DNA of 64,000 nt from an uncultured Bacteroidaceae bacterium (lineage in GTDB: Bacteria; Bacteroidota; Bacteroidia; Bacteroidales; Bacteroidaceae). Below are positions 1 to 9,870 of the stretch, piece after piece. The first letter of the stretch is position 1. The number at the start of each line of letters is the position of its first letter. The notes beneath the pieces were generated by a model. The model was not told the origin of the DNA. It saw only the letters and a list, made by a program, of their open reading frames with translations, and did no database searches. Position numbers and translations under genes: made by a program. The DNA lies in assembly GCA_905236985.1 (NCBI GenBank), contig CAJORF010000140.1:5973-69972 (forward strand), written 5' to 3'.

Positions 1-2
1 AA

Positions 3-2201
3 GAAGGCGAGCCTGTTGAAGGAATACTGACAATAGATAGCATACAAATAGAAACAATCAGTAGGGGAAGAGGAGTTTTTGTCATAACACCAAACGTTAA
101 GCAAAAATATAAGGCGTTGTTTGCGTCAGCAGACGGAAGACAGACAGAGGCTGATCTTCCTCATGTAGAATCGGAGGGCGTGGCCGTAAGAACTGACTAC
201 AAAGGAAATGGATATGGTATTGACATCAATAAGAGCGGGATGGCTGAAAACAAGCACCTGGGTATGACTATTTTATGTGAAGGAGTTCTGTGCTTTTATC
301 AGCCTTTGTCTGAAACGTTAGAGCTAATCTATGTTCCTGACAGCGTTCTCAAAGCTGGTGTGAACCAACTGACCGTTTTTGATGCAGATGGTAGAGTTTA
401 TGCAGACCGGCTTTTCTTCGTTACCAAACAACATTTGATGAAACCTACACTCTCGGTCTGTGGCATCAAGGAACAGTATAAACCTTATGAGAAAGTTACT
501 TTAGACATACGAGATGAGAGATTCAAGAATAGAGGGAAAAACAACATTTCGGTTGCCGTCCGTGATGCCATTCATTCAGATGTAACCTATGATAGCGGTA
601 ATATCATGACCGAAATGCTCTTGTCCTCTGAAATCAAGGGCTTCGTTCCACAGCCTGATTATTTCTTTGAGTCGGATGATGAAGAACACCGACAAGCGCT
701 TGACTTGCTGATGATGACTCAGGGTTGGCGACGCTTCAAATGGGAGGAAATGGCCGTTCCCGGACAGTTTGAACTGACACATCCTGCTGAACAGACACAA
801 ATCTTGGAGGGAGAAGTGTATCCCTATCGTGCAGTATTAAAAGAGGATAAAGTGTTCATTCACGATTTGATACTCCATGCCATATTCATGGGAATTCCGT
901 ATGAGATGCTTTATGATCAAATTCATAATTTATTCGGGACGGCTGATATGGAAATGATTGCCAGTATAGCCCAAGACAGCCAAAGAAAGGCAGACATTCA
1001 GCTCGATCACAACCCGAGGGATGTGCATGAAGATGACGAAGATGACGAGGAGGTCATAGCCCCAACTCTAATCCCTGGAAGAGAACTATCTTCTTCAGAA
1101 CAGATGTATGAGCACACACAGGAAATAATCACAAGGGGAGAGCTGAGCGGGTCGAAGCGCACAGATGCCACAAAAGCACAAGATCAGAAATCACTCTCAT
1201 GGGGACATCCAAAGACGAATTTGCACATACATGCTGAATTCGCACAACCGGGAAGCGAGACACTCATCGCTGACATGGACTCTCCGACTGGCCGATTCAA
1301 GATTGAAGCGCCGTCTTTCGAAGGTGATTGTGTCATGCATATCGCTGCGTCGGAGAACGGAACACCTAAGGGCAACAACTGGGTACTACCTGATGAGGAC
1401 GAGTATCCAGACTATTACGTCAGATTGCACTTGCCCTATCCGCGATTCGTGAAGCCCTATTCATTCTTTCAGACACATCTGAGGACTATGGTGCCCGCAG
1501 AAGGCGGTAACGTTCAATTCAGAGACACCGCTCAGCTGATGAAAGAAGTGGAAATACATTCACGGCATGGTGGCCTTCGTGCCTTCGATGCAACAAAGCC
1601 TGCATACGTCCTGGATGCCTATCAGACGTTCAATGAGGTCGTTGATGCAGGGCTTTATCCTGCCTGGTATGGTGGCGTATCATCATTTGCGCCCTGTGTA
1701 TCACGAAATTATATAGGCGACATGAACCAAAATCGTTCTTATGGCCTTAATCCTCGTTTTGACGGACATCATCCCAGTTCCTTCCAATCGGATGGTGCTT
1801 TCTATGACTTTTCCCATCTCTATAACCTCGACAAAATATATATCTATACAGATTACAGCCCGCGTCAGGAAAAGGATGGACGTTTTGATCAAGCTCATCA
1901 ACCAGATGTGCAGGTGGACTTTCGTCGATATCCTGACCGCAGCCGTAGAGTCACCTATCGAGACCGTCGCTACATTCTTCAAGGATTCTCTGTCTGTGAG
2001 GACTTCTACCATCCCGACTATCGTCATGTCCCGCTCTCCGAGGGGGTGAAAGACTACCGGCGGACACTATACTGGAATCCTGATTTGGAGCTTGATGACA
2101 ACGGGAAAGTAATTATTTCATTTTATAATAACAGTAGTGACACTCATATCATTGTTGAAGCAAATGGTCAGGCGAGTGATGGTGAATTCCTGTTTAATTA
2201 G
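3..2201 (+). CDS. C-terminal part of a large secreted MG2/alpha-2-macroglobulin-like (carboxypeptidase-regulatory-like) protein; the 5' end lies upstream of the window
   Basis: The frame is open from nt 3, with no stop before the TTG at 117 used by the ORF track, so the CDS is cut by the window edge. The segments LTVFDADGRVYADRLFFV and LDLLMMTQGWRRFKWEEM recall the Bacteroidota MG2-domain family. This is recalled from memory, not searched. The TAG stop at 2199-2201 is 7 nt from the next start. Confidence 0.5.
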   Translation, partial: EGEPVEGILTIDSIQIETISRGRGVFVITPNVKQKYKALFASADGRQTEADLPHVESEGVAVRTDYKGNGYGIDINKSGMAENKHLGMTILCEGVLCFYQPLSETLELIYVPDSVLKAGVNQLTVFDADGRVYADRLFFVTKQHLMKPTLSVCGIKEQYKPYEKVTLDIRDERFKNRGKNNISVAVRDAIHSDVTYDSGNIMTEMLLSSEIKGFVPQPDYFFESDDEEHRQALDLLMMTQGWRRFKWEEMAVPGQFELTHPAEQTQILEGEVYPYRAVLKEDKVFIHDLILHAIFMGIPYEMLYDQIHNLFGTADMEMIASIAQDSQRKADIQLDHNPRDVHEDDEDDEEVIAPTLIPGRELSSSEQMYEHTQEIITRGELSGSKRTDATKAQDQKSLSWGHPKTNLHIHAEFAQPGSETLIADMDSPTGRFKIEAPSFEGDCVMHIAASENGTPKGNNWVLPDEDEYPDYYVRLHLPYPRFVKPYSFFQTHLRTMVPAEGGNVQFRDTAQLMKEVEIHSRHGGLRAFDATKPAYVLDAYQTFNEVVDAGLYPAWYGGVSSFAPCVSRNYIGDMNQNRSYGLNPRFDGHHPSSFQSDGAFYDFSHLYNLDKIYIYTDYSPRQEKDGRFDQAHQPDVQVDFRRYPDRSRRVTYRDRRYILQGFSVCEDFYHPDYRHVPLSEGVKDYRRTLYWNPDLELDDNGKVIISFYNNSSDTHIIVEANGQASDGEFLFN

Positions 2202-2208
2202 TAACAAT

Positions 2209-3684
2209 ATGAAATCACTGGTTATACTTATTATTTGTCTGCCAACTCAATCGTCAGCACAAACATCTGAGAAAGAATTTTTGTCTTTTTCTGACGCTGT
2301 CAATAATTTAGCGTTACATTCACAGAGAGCACAATCTGCATGGCTACAATATGATAATGCAAAGTTGACCTATGACAATTACAAAAAAAGTTTTCTCCCC
2401 CAATTGCGGATTAATCTAAAACCTATTACCTTCAATCATGCCATGAAGCTTTTACAAGACCCTTATTCTGGTGAGTATCGGAATATAGAAGACTTCGCAA
2501 ATACATCTATCGCCACGCTGACAATATCTCAGAAAGTTGGGCCAACGGGGGGGATATTATCTGCAACTACGGGATTAAGTTATCTTCACGAGTTCACAAA
2601 TCACAGAGACAATTACAGTTCTACACCGTTCTATGTAAGCTATTCACAACAAATCATCGGTGGATTTCGAAGTTATATGCAAGAAAAGAAAGTCAGCCGT
2701 CTTCAATACGAGTTGGCTGCGATGACTGTTTGTCAAGCTCTTGCAAGAGAACAGTGCGAAGTTGCCAGACTATATATATCAGCCTGCTTAGCGTTATTAC
2801 GAAAAGAACAGGCAATGAAGGACATAGAGGCAGAAGATTCTCTATTATTTTATGCCCGAATTAGACATGAAAACGGGTACATAACAGACTACGATATGAC
2901 TCAGATCCGTTTAGAGCATTTACAAGCCATCTACACACAAGCACAATATGCAGCCCATGCCAAAGAGGCTCTACATTCATTAGCTTTACGATTGGGTTGT
3001 CAAAATGAAAACCTGTCTATCTTTATACCAAATACTGATGCACTGCCTTCATTGCTAATAGAAGCAGAAGTCAAAATGCAAGCGAGGCAGAATAATCCAG
3101 AATACAAATCGGCAGAACTTCGGCGTACTCAAGCGATAAAGAACCTGCATCACCGAAAGCTAGCGAACCGATTCAATGCTAGCGTTTCACTGAGCTATGG
3201 GCTGAACCAATATGCAAACACCTTATGTGGAGCCTATCAACATCCTAATCAACAGCAATCCGTGGGATTAACACTGAGCATTCCAGTCTTTGATTGGGGT
3301 ATTAGCCGTAATCAACGCCGAATGGCAGAAAATGATTTCGACGAAGAGACAATATTAATAGAGGAATCTTGTAGAATGGCAGATAATGAAATTATTACCA
3401 GAACCATGAACTATAATCTTGCATCTTCCCAATATGAAATAAGTCGTGAACAATATAAATTAGCTATAGAACAGTATAGTCAGCTAATCAGCAAATTTTC
3501 GCAAGGTAGTGCGTCTGTCTATGAATTAATATCCGCTAACAGAGCTAAACAGAATACATTGATTAATCACATGAATGTCGTGAGGGCACTATTCGATGAA
3601 TATTATACAATCCAACAATTGACTCTATATAACTTCTGCGAAAATAGGAGATTGAGCGAAGTATATGGTATTAAAATAGACTAA
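2209..3684 (+). CDS. TolC-family outer membrane efflux protein
   Basis: The ATG at 2209 gives the signal-peptide-like start MKSLVILIICLPTQSSAQ. The 2137 start in the ORF track overlaps the upstream gene and is less likely. The roughly 490-aa protein has two repeated coiled-coil-rich halves typical of outer membrane efflux proteins. It sits directly upstream of HlyD and ABC genes. Confidence 0.8.
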   Translation: MKSLVILIICLPTQSSAQTSEKEFLSFSDAVNNLALHSQRAQSAWLQYDNAKLTYDNYKKSFLPQLRINLKPITFNHAMKLLQDPYSGEYRNIEDFANTSIATLTISQKVGPTGGILSATTGLSYLHEFTNHRDNYSSTPFYVSYSQQIIGGFRSYMQEKKVSRLQYELAAMTVCQALAREQCEVARLYISACLALLRKEQAMKDIEAEDSLLFYARIRHENGYITDYDMTQIRLEHLQAIYTQAQYAAHAKEALHSLALRLGCQNENLSIFIPNTDALPSLLIEAEVKMQARQNNPEYKSAELRRTQAIKNLHHRKLANRFNASVSLSYGLNQYANTLCGAYQHPNQQQSVGLTLSIPVFDWGISRNQRRMAENDFDEETILIEESCRMADNEIITRTMNYNLASSQYEISREQYKLAIEQYSQLISKFSQGSASVYELISANRAKQNTLINHMNVVRALFDEYYTIQQLTLYNFCENRRLSEVYGIKID

Positions 3685-3693
3685 AACAACCGA

Positions 3694-4983
3694 ATGAAAG
3701 AGGGAGTACTAGAAAGAAAGAACCGTTCAGAAGAAATTCAGGATATCATAGATCGGATGCCCACAATATGGACACGTTATGTGACGGGCATTGTAGTGTT
3801 TTTTATATCAGTACTAATATTCTTAGGATTTCTCATAAAGTATCCCGATACGGTCATTGGCGAAGTTACCATCACCTCTAGTCAAGCACCCGTGCGTCTT
3901 CAGGCTTTAGGAACGGGACGACTACATCTGCTCCTCAGGAATCGTGATAGCGTTGATAAGGGTGACATTATCGCATATATTGATGATGGAGCAGTGCTGA
4001 AAGACATCTTGTCATTGGATTCGCTGCTCAATGGGGTAAGGTGCACAGGAAGCAAATACCCGCCATCGCTAATGCTAGGAAGTCTTAGTACGGCCTATGA
4101 TACATGGGTCGCAGCTTGGCATGAAACGAACCAGCTTCGCACAACGAAAATATATTCAAATATGCGCAAAGGACTGGATGAACAATTGCATTTAAACCAC
4201 TCCTTAGCTGAAAGTCAGCAAAGACAACTACTTTTGAGCACTGAACAGTATCGTATTTATCATATTCGTCAAGAAAAAGACAGTGTTCTTCACTTAAAAG
4301 GAGTTATCAGTGATGAAGAGATGGAAAGAAAGCAGAATACTTTCGTTTTACGAAAGCTACAGCTAATGGAACAGGAAAGCAGTCTTCTGAGCACCAAGTC
4401 AGCTATTAGTCAGAATCGTATTGAACGTGCACGTATAGATATCAGTGAGATGGATGAGGTGCGTCGTTCCCAAGACAAATTATCTATCCGTGAGTTAGAA
4501 CTACGAAGTGCTATACGTCAATGGAAAGAGAAATATCTGCTTATAGCCCCGGCTAACGGTCAAATTGAATATATGGGATTTTGGAGAGAGCATGATTATG
4601 TTCAGGCTGGACAGGTGATCTTTTCCATCCTACCGCCGCAAGGCTCTGTCTTCGGCGAGGCCTACATCACAGCCGCAGGCTTTGGAAAGGTGGAGGTCGG
4701 ACAACTGGCAAATGTGAAATTGACTAATTATCCTTACGCCGAGTTTGGTCATATAGTAGGACGTGTAGAAAGTATTTCCCGACTAGCCCATACCATTCAG
4801 ACACCAAAGGGAGTTGCAGAGACATATTTAGTTGTTATTATATTTCCCAATGGAATGATGACAAACTTCGGACAACTATTGAATGTGGGGTACGAGGCTC
4901 AAGGTCATGTGGAAATCATAACCAAGCCAAAGCGAATCATTCAAAGGCTATTTGATAATCTGAGATCAAAAAAAGAAAAATGA
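3694..4983 (+). CDS. HlyD-family membrane fusion protein (bacteriocin/type I exporter accessory protein)
   Basis: It has an N-terminal cytoplasmic tail plus one TM segment (YVTGIVVFFISVLIFLGFLI). A long coiled-coil-type middle region follows (QLHLNHSLAESQQRQLLL...ELELRSAIRQWKEKY), then a C-terminal beta-barrel segment. Its stop overlaps the ABC gene start (ATGA at 4980-4983). Confidence 0.85.
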   Translation: MKEGVLERKNRSEEIQDIIDRMPTIWTRYVTGIVVFFISVLIFLGFLIKYPDTVIGEVTITSSQAPVRLQALGTGRLHLLLRNRDSVDKGDIIAYIDDGAVLKDILSLDSLLNGVRCTGSKYPPSLMLGSLSTAYDTWVAAWHETNQLRTTKIYSNMRKGLDEQLHLNHSLAESQQRQLLLSTEQYRIYHIRQEKDSVLHLKGVISDEEMERKQNTFVLRKLQLMEQESSLLSTKSAISQNRIERARIDISEMDEVRRSQDKLSIRELELRSAIRQWKEKYLLIAPANGQIEYMGFWREHDYVQAGQVIFSILPPQGSVFGEAYITAAGFGKVEVGQLANVKLTNYPYAEFGHIVGRVESISRLAHTIQTPKGVAETYLVVIIFPNGMMTNFGQLLNVGYEAQGHVEIITKPKRIIQRLFDNLRSKKEK

Positions 4984-7172
4984 ATCTATTCAAACGTTTT
5001 CCCATAGATTATCAAATGGACTCTCAAGACTGCGGCCCCGCATCACTAAAGATGGTAGCAAAACATTTTGGGCGCTATTATTCATTACAGCAATTGCGTG
5101 ATCTATGTGGAATCACCAAAGAGGGCGTTTCTTTGGGCAACCTAGCTACAGGCGCCGAAAGTATAGGACTGCGTACGCTGTCCATAAGATGTAATTTAGA
5201 GGATGTCGTAGAGAAAGTTCCTTTACCCGCTATTGTTTTTTGGAACGAGAGCCATTTTGTTGTGGTGTATCATGCCAATAAACATTATATCTATGTTGCA
5301 GACCCAGCCAAAGGCTATATTCGCTACTCTCATGAGGATTTCTGTTTGGGATGGTATTTGAAGGGTGAACATATAGGTGTGCTGATGGCAGTTGAGCCTA
5401 CAGCAGATTTCAATACTTCAAATGCAGAGCGGCTCCAACAAAAGGATAGTATGCTTAGTATTCTTAGGTATTTCCGCCCCTACCTACACGATTTCATACT
5501 CATTCTTATCATTATGTCAATGGTGACAGCCTTGCAGGCAATCCTTCCTTTTATTTCAAAAGCAGTGATAGACGTGGGAATTAGTACCTCAGATATCAAC
5601 TTTATCTATATGATCCTTTTCGGGAATGTGTGTATTCTTCTGAGTGTGTTGATGTTCAATGCTATGAGGGACTGGATTCTGATGCATATTACAGCGCGAA
5701 TAAATGTCGCACTCATCTCCGACTATCTTATAAAGTTGATGAAATTGCCGGTTACATTTTTTGAGAACAAACTTCTTGGAGATATCTTGCAACGTGCACA
5801 AGATCATGAGCGTATCCGAGCTTTTATCATGAACAACTCTCTTTCAATGCTATTCTCTGTGCTAACTTTTTTTGTATTCTCTATCATCTTGCTTATTTAT
5901 AACACGATTATTTTTTCCTTTTTTCTTATAGGATCGTTTCTGTATGTGTCATGGGTTTTGCTTTTTTTACAAGTCCGCAAGAAATTGGACTGGCAATATT
6001 TTGAGCTTATCTCACGAAATCAGAGCTATTGGGTGGAGACAGTGTCTGCTATACAAGATATTAAACTAAACAATTACGAACGCTCCAGACGTTGGAAATG
6101 GGAGGAGATACAAGCGCAGCTTTATCATGTAAACAAACGAGTCCTTGGGATTACAAATATGCAAAATCTTGTCGCCCAGTTCATTGACAGTATAAAGAAT
6201 ATGGCAATTACTTTTTTTTGCGCGACTGCTGTTATTCGAGGTGATATTACTTTTGGCGTAATGATTTCAACTCAATTTATTTTAGGTATGTTGAATGGCC
6301 CTTTAGTTCAATTTATAAACTTTGTAGTATCTGCGCAGTATGCGAAAATATCTTTTCTGCGCATGAATGAGATTCGTCAGTTGGAAGATGAGGAAGAGTT
6401 ACTTTCATTAGGGTCATCAACAATCCTTCCTAAACGAAAGGAGATATCTTTTGAAAATGTAATGTTTCAGTATGCTGCCAATGGCCCATTTGTTCTGAAA
6501 AACATCTTCCTGTACATCCCTGAAAACAAGGTGACAGCCATTGTTGGGGGAAGTGGAAGTGGCAAGTCAACCTTGTTGAAGTTGCTAGTGCGGTTATACA
6601 AGCCTACATTCGGAGATATAAAGATGGGGGGGATGAATGTATCTGCCATTAACTTAAGGGAGTGGCGTCAAATGTGTGGTGTCGTAATGCAAGATGGAAA
6701 ACTATTTAATGATACTGTATTGGGCAATATCGTGCTTGATGATGAGCATGTAGACAAAAGTCGAGTTATGAAATGTTGTAGAACAGCTCAGATTCTGGAG
6801 GAAATAAATAGTATGCCTAAAGGATTCGATACAATGATAGGTGAGCGTGGTCGTGGCTTGAGTGGAGGACAAAGGCAGCGATTGCTAATAGCACGTGCCT
6901 TGTATCGTAATCCTCATTTTTTATTTTTGGATGAGGCGACAAATGCTTTGGACACCGTCAATGAGCGCAAAATCGTGGATGCTTTGACCAATGCTTTCGA
7001 AAATAGAACTGTTGTTGTAATTGCACATAGATTGAGTACAATAAGAGGGGCTCATCAAATTGTTGTAATGCATGAAGGACGGATTGTAGAAGTCGGGAAT
7101 CATCAAACTCTAATGGAAAAGAAAGGTTACTATAATCAACTTCTACTTTCTCAAGGGCCTCTCACTGGTTAA
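4980..7172 (+). CDS. Peptidase C39 domain-containing ABC transporter (double-glycine leader cleaving peptide exporter)
   Basis: The N-terminal C39 motif is QMDSQDCGPASLKMV with downstream HFVVVY...VADP. Six TM helices follow. The nucleotide-binding motifs are Walker A GGSGSGKST, signature LSGGQRQR and Walker B FLFLDEATNALD. Confidence 0.95.
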   Translation: MNLFKRFPIDYQMDSQDCGPASLKMVAKHFGRYYSLQQLRDLCGITKEGVSLGNLATGAESIGLRTLSIRCNLEDVVEKVPLPAIVFWNESHFVVVYHANKHYIYVADPAKGYIRYSHEDFCLGWYLKGEHIGVLMAVEPTADFNTSNAERLQQKDSMLSILRYFRPYLHDFILILIIMSMVTALQAILPFISKAVIDVGISTSDINFIYMILFGNVCILLSVLMFNAMRDWILMHITARINVALISDYLIKLMKLPVTFFENKLLGDILQRAQDHERIRAFIMNNSLSMLFSVLTFFVFSIILLIYNTIIFSFFLIGSFLYVSWVLLFLQVRKKLDWQYFELISRNQSYWVETVSAIQDIKLNNYERSRRWKWEEIQAQLYHVNKRVLGITNMQNLVAQFIDSIKNMAITFFCATAVIRGDITFGVMISTQFILGMLNGPLVQFINFVVSAQYAKISFLRMNEIRQLEDEEELLSLGSSTILPKRKEISFENVMFQYAANGPFVLKNIFLYIPENKVTAIVGGSGSGKSTLLKLLVRLYKPTFGDIKMGGMNVSAINLREWRQMCGVVMQDGKLFNDTVLGNIVLDDEHVDKSRVMKCCRTAQILEEINSMPKGFDTMIGERGRGLSGGQRQRLLIARALYRNPHFLFLDEATNALDTVNERKIVDALTNAFENRTVVVIAHRLSTIRGAHQIVVMHEGRIVEVGNHQTLMEKKGYYNQLLLSQGPLTG

Positions 7173-7279
7173 GAATCAGTGTGAATAGATTTAAGCAATG
7201 CTAACCGGCACAAGAAAAGAGCATAATACTTAACATACGGGACATGCTATTCTGACTCGTCATTAGCAAGTGGATTTTT

Positions 7280-7564
7280 TTGAAAATTGTTTTCAATGGC
7301 AATGCTGAGCTCACCTACAACCGTGCCTGGCAACTCTACGAGGAATGGTACGACAAGGGAAAAGCAAAACAGGAAGCGTTCTTTGATGGTCTCGGACTGG
7401 ATGCTGATGCAGAAACCGTACTGGCTGAATATGCTCAGCACAGAGCCTGGCGCGAACAGACGGGCTTCAGTGCCACGCCGACCCTCCTTGTCAACGGCTA
7501 TCGTATGCCTTCGACGTATCAGATGGAAGATTTTGTAGATTTAATGAAAGTAGAAACCGTATAG
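7280..7564 (+). pseudogene. C-terminal remnant of a thioredoxin-fold/DsbA-like thiol-disulfide oxidoreductase domain (5'-truncated)
   Basis: Only about 94 codons are open, from a TTG with no ATG and no signal peptide or CxxC active site. The C-terminus (FSATPTLLVNGYRMPSTYQMEDF) resembles the cis-Pro loop and end of DsbA-like domains. A visible AT-rich to GC-richer composition change occurs just upstream (7173-7290). The stop is 1 nt from the next start. Confidence 0.5.
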
Positions 7565-7565
7565 T

Positions 7566-8249
7566 ATGGAATATCGATTCACTCCAGAGCAACGTTTGTT
7601 GCATAACCTCGTGCTGCATAGTAACGACGTACCCGCCCGTGGCCTTTTCGATGGGCAGATGGGCATCGTCCTTGTACTTTCCGAGTATGTCCGTGCCCGG
7701 AAGTTGCGTCCCCTGAAGACAGCCATCAACTTCCTCCTTGATCAAGTCCTTGACAATCTTTCCACCGAGATGCCTTTGGAGTTTGCCAACGGCCTGACCG
7801 GCATCGGATGGGGCGTGGAATATCTTCTACAAAACAAGTTCCAGCGCGGTCAGGGAGCAGACATCTGCGCTGCCATCGATCAGAAGCTGATGCAGCAGAA
7901 CATCCTTAGACAGACTGACCTCAGCCTCAACAAAGGCCTTGAAGGCTGGCTACACTACATCGTTGCCCACGTGCAAGGAGCCCAGAAGGACGGTCGTCAG
8001 GTCTTCGATGCAGCCTACTTGCAGAACTGCCTCGCTGTCTGTCGACACCTCCTTCAGCAGGATATATCCCCGTCGCTGAGGCTGCTATGCCAGGCCTTCG
8101 AACAGATGATGCAAGGACAACCTATCCAATACACCTTCGACCTTTCTGCCTTTGTCGCTCCGAACATCAAGCGCAACACACCGATGCTGGGCCTTCACTC
8201 TGGCATGGCCGGGCTGTTATTCACACACATCAACCAAAAACAGGCATGA
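7566..8249 (+). CDS. Short LanC-like (alpha/alpha-toroid GxxG repeat) protein lacking recognisable zinc ligands; function unknown
   Basis: Repeated motifs GLFDGQMGIVLVL, ANGLTGIGWGVEYLL, GLEGWLHYIV and LHSGMAGLLF resemble the Gly-rich helix-hairpin repeats of LanC-like cyclases. At 227 aa it is about half the usual LanC length, and I see no CxG/WCxG/CHG zinc motifs. It is translationally coupled to the glycosyltransferase (ATGA at 8246-8249). Confidence 0.45.
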   Translation: MEYRFTPEQRLLHNLVLHSNDVPARGLFDGQMGIVLVLSEYVRARKLRPLKTAINFLLDQVLDNLSTEMPLEFANGLTGIGWGVEYLLQNKFQRGQGADICAAIDQKLMQQNILRQTDLSLNKGLEGWLHYIVAHVQGAQKDGRQVFDAAYLQNCLAVCRHLLQQDISPSLRLLCQAFEQMMQGQPIQYTFDLSAFVAPNIKRNTPMLGLHSGMAGLLFTHINQKQA

Positions 8250-9475
8250 AACATATCTATATCTTAGACGAGCATCAGAGCTCGAAACAGAATGGCGTGG
8301 GTACTTACATACGCCAACTGCTGAAATGCTTCGAGGGCAGTGGGCACAATGTCAACTTGCTGTCGTTTAATGATGATGAAAAGGAACTGAAAATTGAAAC
8401 TCTTTCAACATGCACTGAATACCATCTTCCCATTTGTGGGATGAACGGATTCTTGGACAACGGAAAATTATTCCTTTCGCTATTACGTCTTTATATCGAA
8501 GACAGTAAGGATAATGTGTTCTTCATTAATCATTTTCCTTGTGACAAGTTCCTCGTTGACCTCAAACACCACTTTCCGCTTTCACGTACCATCTTTGTTA
8601 TCCACGATCAGGGATGGTGTGCACCTCTGCTTGGAGATATTGAAATGTTCCAGAAGGTACTGGCGTCAAAATATCTGCCCAAAGGTCACAAGAACGAGTG
8701 GAAACATATCAGAGACATCACGCGTAGAGAGCGGAGGATGTATAGGTTGGTTGATGATATCATCACCTTATCAGATAGTACATACAACTTGCTGTTGGAG
8801 ACCTACGGAGTTCCAGCTGGAAAGATTCATTTGATACCCAATGGACTTCAACAACCAGATGATTTGTGCTCTCAGGAAGAGAAAATACTAATTCGAAAAC
8901 GTCTTGGCATTGCCGATAATGAGGTCGTGCTGTTATACACAGGCCGCACATCGCCCTCGAAGGGTATTATTCCAATGTTGATGGCATTTGATCAGTTATG
9001 GATGGAGCATCCGAGTGTGCGTCTTGTCATCGCTGGTGAGATATTCAGGTTCAATGATTTTGCCAAGCAGACGTCCCATAGTGCCTCACATGTCACTTAT
9101 ACAGGTCTCCTGCCAAAAGAACAATTGAGCGAATGGTATCAAATTGCTGACATAGGTATTCTGCCTTCATACACTGAGCAGAGTAGTTACACGGGCATTG
9201 AGATGCTGGCATACGGAAAGCTGATTGTAACAACCGACGGACATAACCTAACGGATATGTTCAATGACAAGACGGCCATTGTTGCTCATATCGGCGAAAA
9301 ACGGGCAGAGGATTCTACCGATCTTGTCAACTCCCTTGTCGAAGCGGTGAACAAGGCATTGTTCATGAGAACAGAAGAGCGTCAACAGCTTCAGTCTCAA
9401 GCACGTCATCATTACAACCATGCTTATTCTTTCACCAGCTGGAAAGCAATATACTCCCGTCTGATCAACGGGTAG
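8246..9475 (+). CDS. GT4-family (GT-B fold) glycosyltransferase, peptide-system associated
   Basis: The start MKHIYILDEHQSSKQNGVGTYIRQLL is at the ATG at 8246. The 8087 start in the ORF track is an out-of-context extension overlapping the previous gene. The C-terminal motif PSYTEQSSYTGIEMLAYGKLIV is of the EX7E type. It lies immediately upstream of a GG-leader precursor, as in the glycosyltransferase family described for the GG-Bacteroidales peptide system (TIGR04157, recalled from memory). Confidence 0.85.
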   Translation: MKHIYILDEHQSSKQNGVGTYIRQLLKCFEGSGHNVNLLSFNDDEKELKIETLSTCTEYHLPICGMNGFLDNGKLFLSLLRLYIEDSKDNVFFINHFPCDKFLVDLKHHFPLSRTIFVIHDQGWCAPLLGDIEMFQKVLASKYLPKGHKNEWKHIRDITRRERRMYRLVDDIITLSDSTYNLLLETYGVPAGKIHLIPNGLQQPDDLCSQEEKILIRKRLGIADNEVVLLYTGRTSPSKGIIPMLMAFDQLWMEHPSVRLVIAGEIFRFNDFAKQTSHSASHVTYTGLLPKEQLSEWYQIADIGILPSYTEQSSYTGIEMLAYGKLIVTTDGHNLTDMFNDKTAIVAHIGEKRAEDSTDLVNSLVEAVNKALFMRTEERQQLQSQARHHYNHAYSFTSWKAIYSRLING

Positions 9476-9557
9476 TTTCTCTCAAAATGACAGCTGTCGA
9501 GAGCAGCAACGGCCTGCTGGGAATGGCCAAATAGATTATCAATAATTAAATGATATT

Positions 9558-9851
9558 ATGAAAAAAATTCAATTGCATGATGACAACATCTATCAGGCTC
9601 TTTCAATTGATGAATTAAAACAAGTTAAAGGAGGTGGCGAATCTGGCTATTGGCGATGTAATATGGGTACTTGTTCGGTAAAACAAGGGTTACAAACAAT
9701 TACTGGGAAATGTCAACTTACTATGGTTCACTCCCAAGCAGCATTTAAATGTACTTGTCAAAAAAATGGTGAGGATATATTGGTGTTGGGACAGGCAGTC
9801 AGCTGTTGGGAATACGTCGAGCAGTCTGGATATAGCGGATCTGGTGACTAA
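9558..9851 (+). CDS. Double-glycine-leader precursor peptide (bacteriocin/RiPP-like), 26-aa leader plus 71-aa Cys-rich core
   Basis: The leader MKKIQLHDDNIYQALSIDELKQVKGG matches the LSxxELxxIxGG double-glycine consensus cleaved by C39 domains. The core GESGYWRCNMGTCSVKQ...KCTCQKNG...SCWEYVEQSGYSGSGD has 6 Cys and a Ser/Gly/Tyr tail. It sits among exporter and modification genes. Confidence 0.8.
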   Translation: MKKIQLHDDNIYQALSIDELKQVKGGGESGYWRCNMGTCSVKQGLQTITGKCQLTMVHSQAAFKCTCQKNGEDILVLGQAVSCWEYVEQSGYSGSGD

Positions 9852-9870
9852 ATAGATGTTTTGTTGTTTT

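Noticed and set aside
8087-8245. N-terminal extensions proposed by the ORF track for the glycosyltransferase. Comparable extensions were proposed for TolC (2137), barrel 1 (9869), purB (43161), the P-type ATPase (28049), the FAH protein (56645), the DUF1080 protein (58064), the SGNH esterase (32459) and the AAA ATPase (24649).
   Set aside because: The extensions overlap upstream genes, hairpins or TAnnTTTG boxes and lack signal-peptide logic. Internal ATGs give canonical family N-termini.
7566-9851. Interpretation as a canonical lanthipeptide cluster (LanC-like protein plus a Ser/Thr/Cys-containing precursor)
   Set aside because: There is no LanB/LanM/LanKC-type dehydratase in the window. 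The LanC-like protein is half-length and lacks visible Cys/Cys/His zinc ligands.
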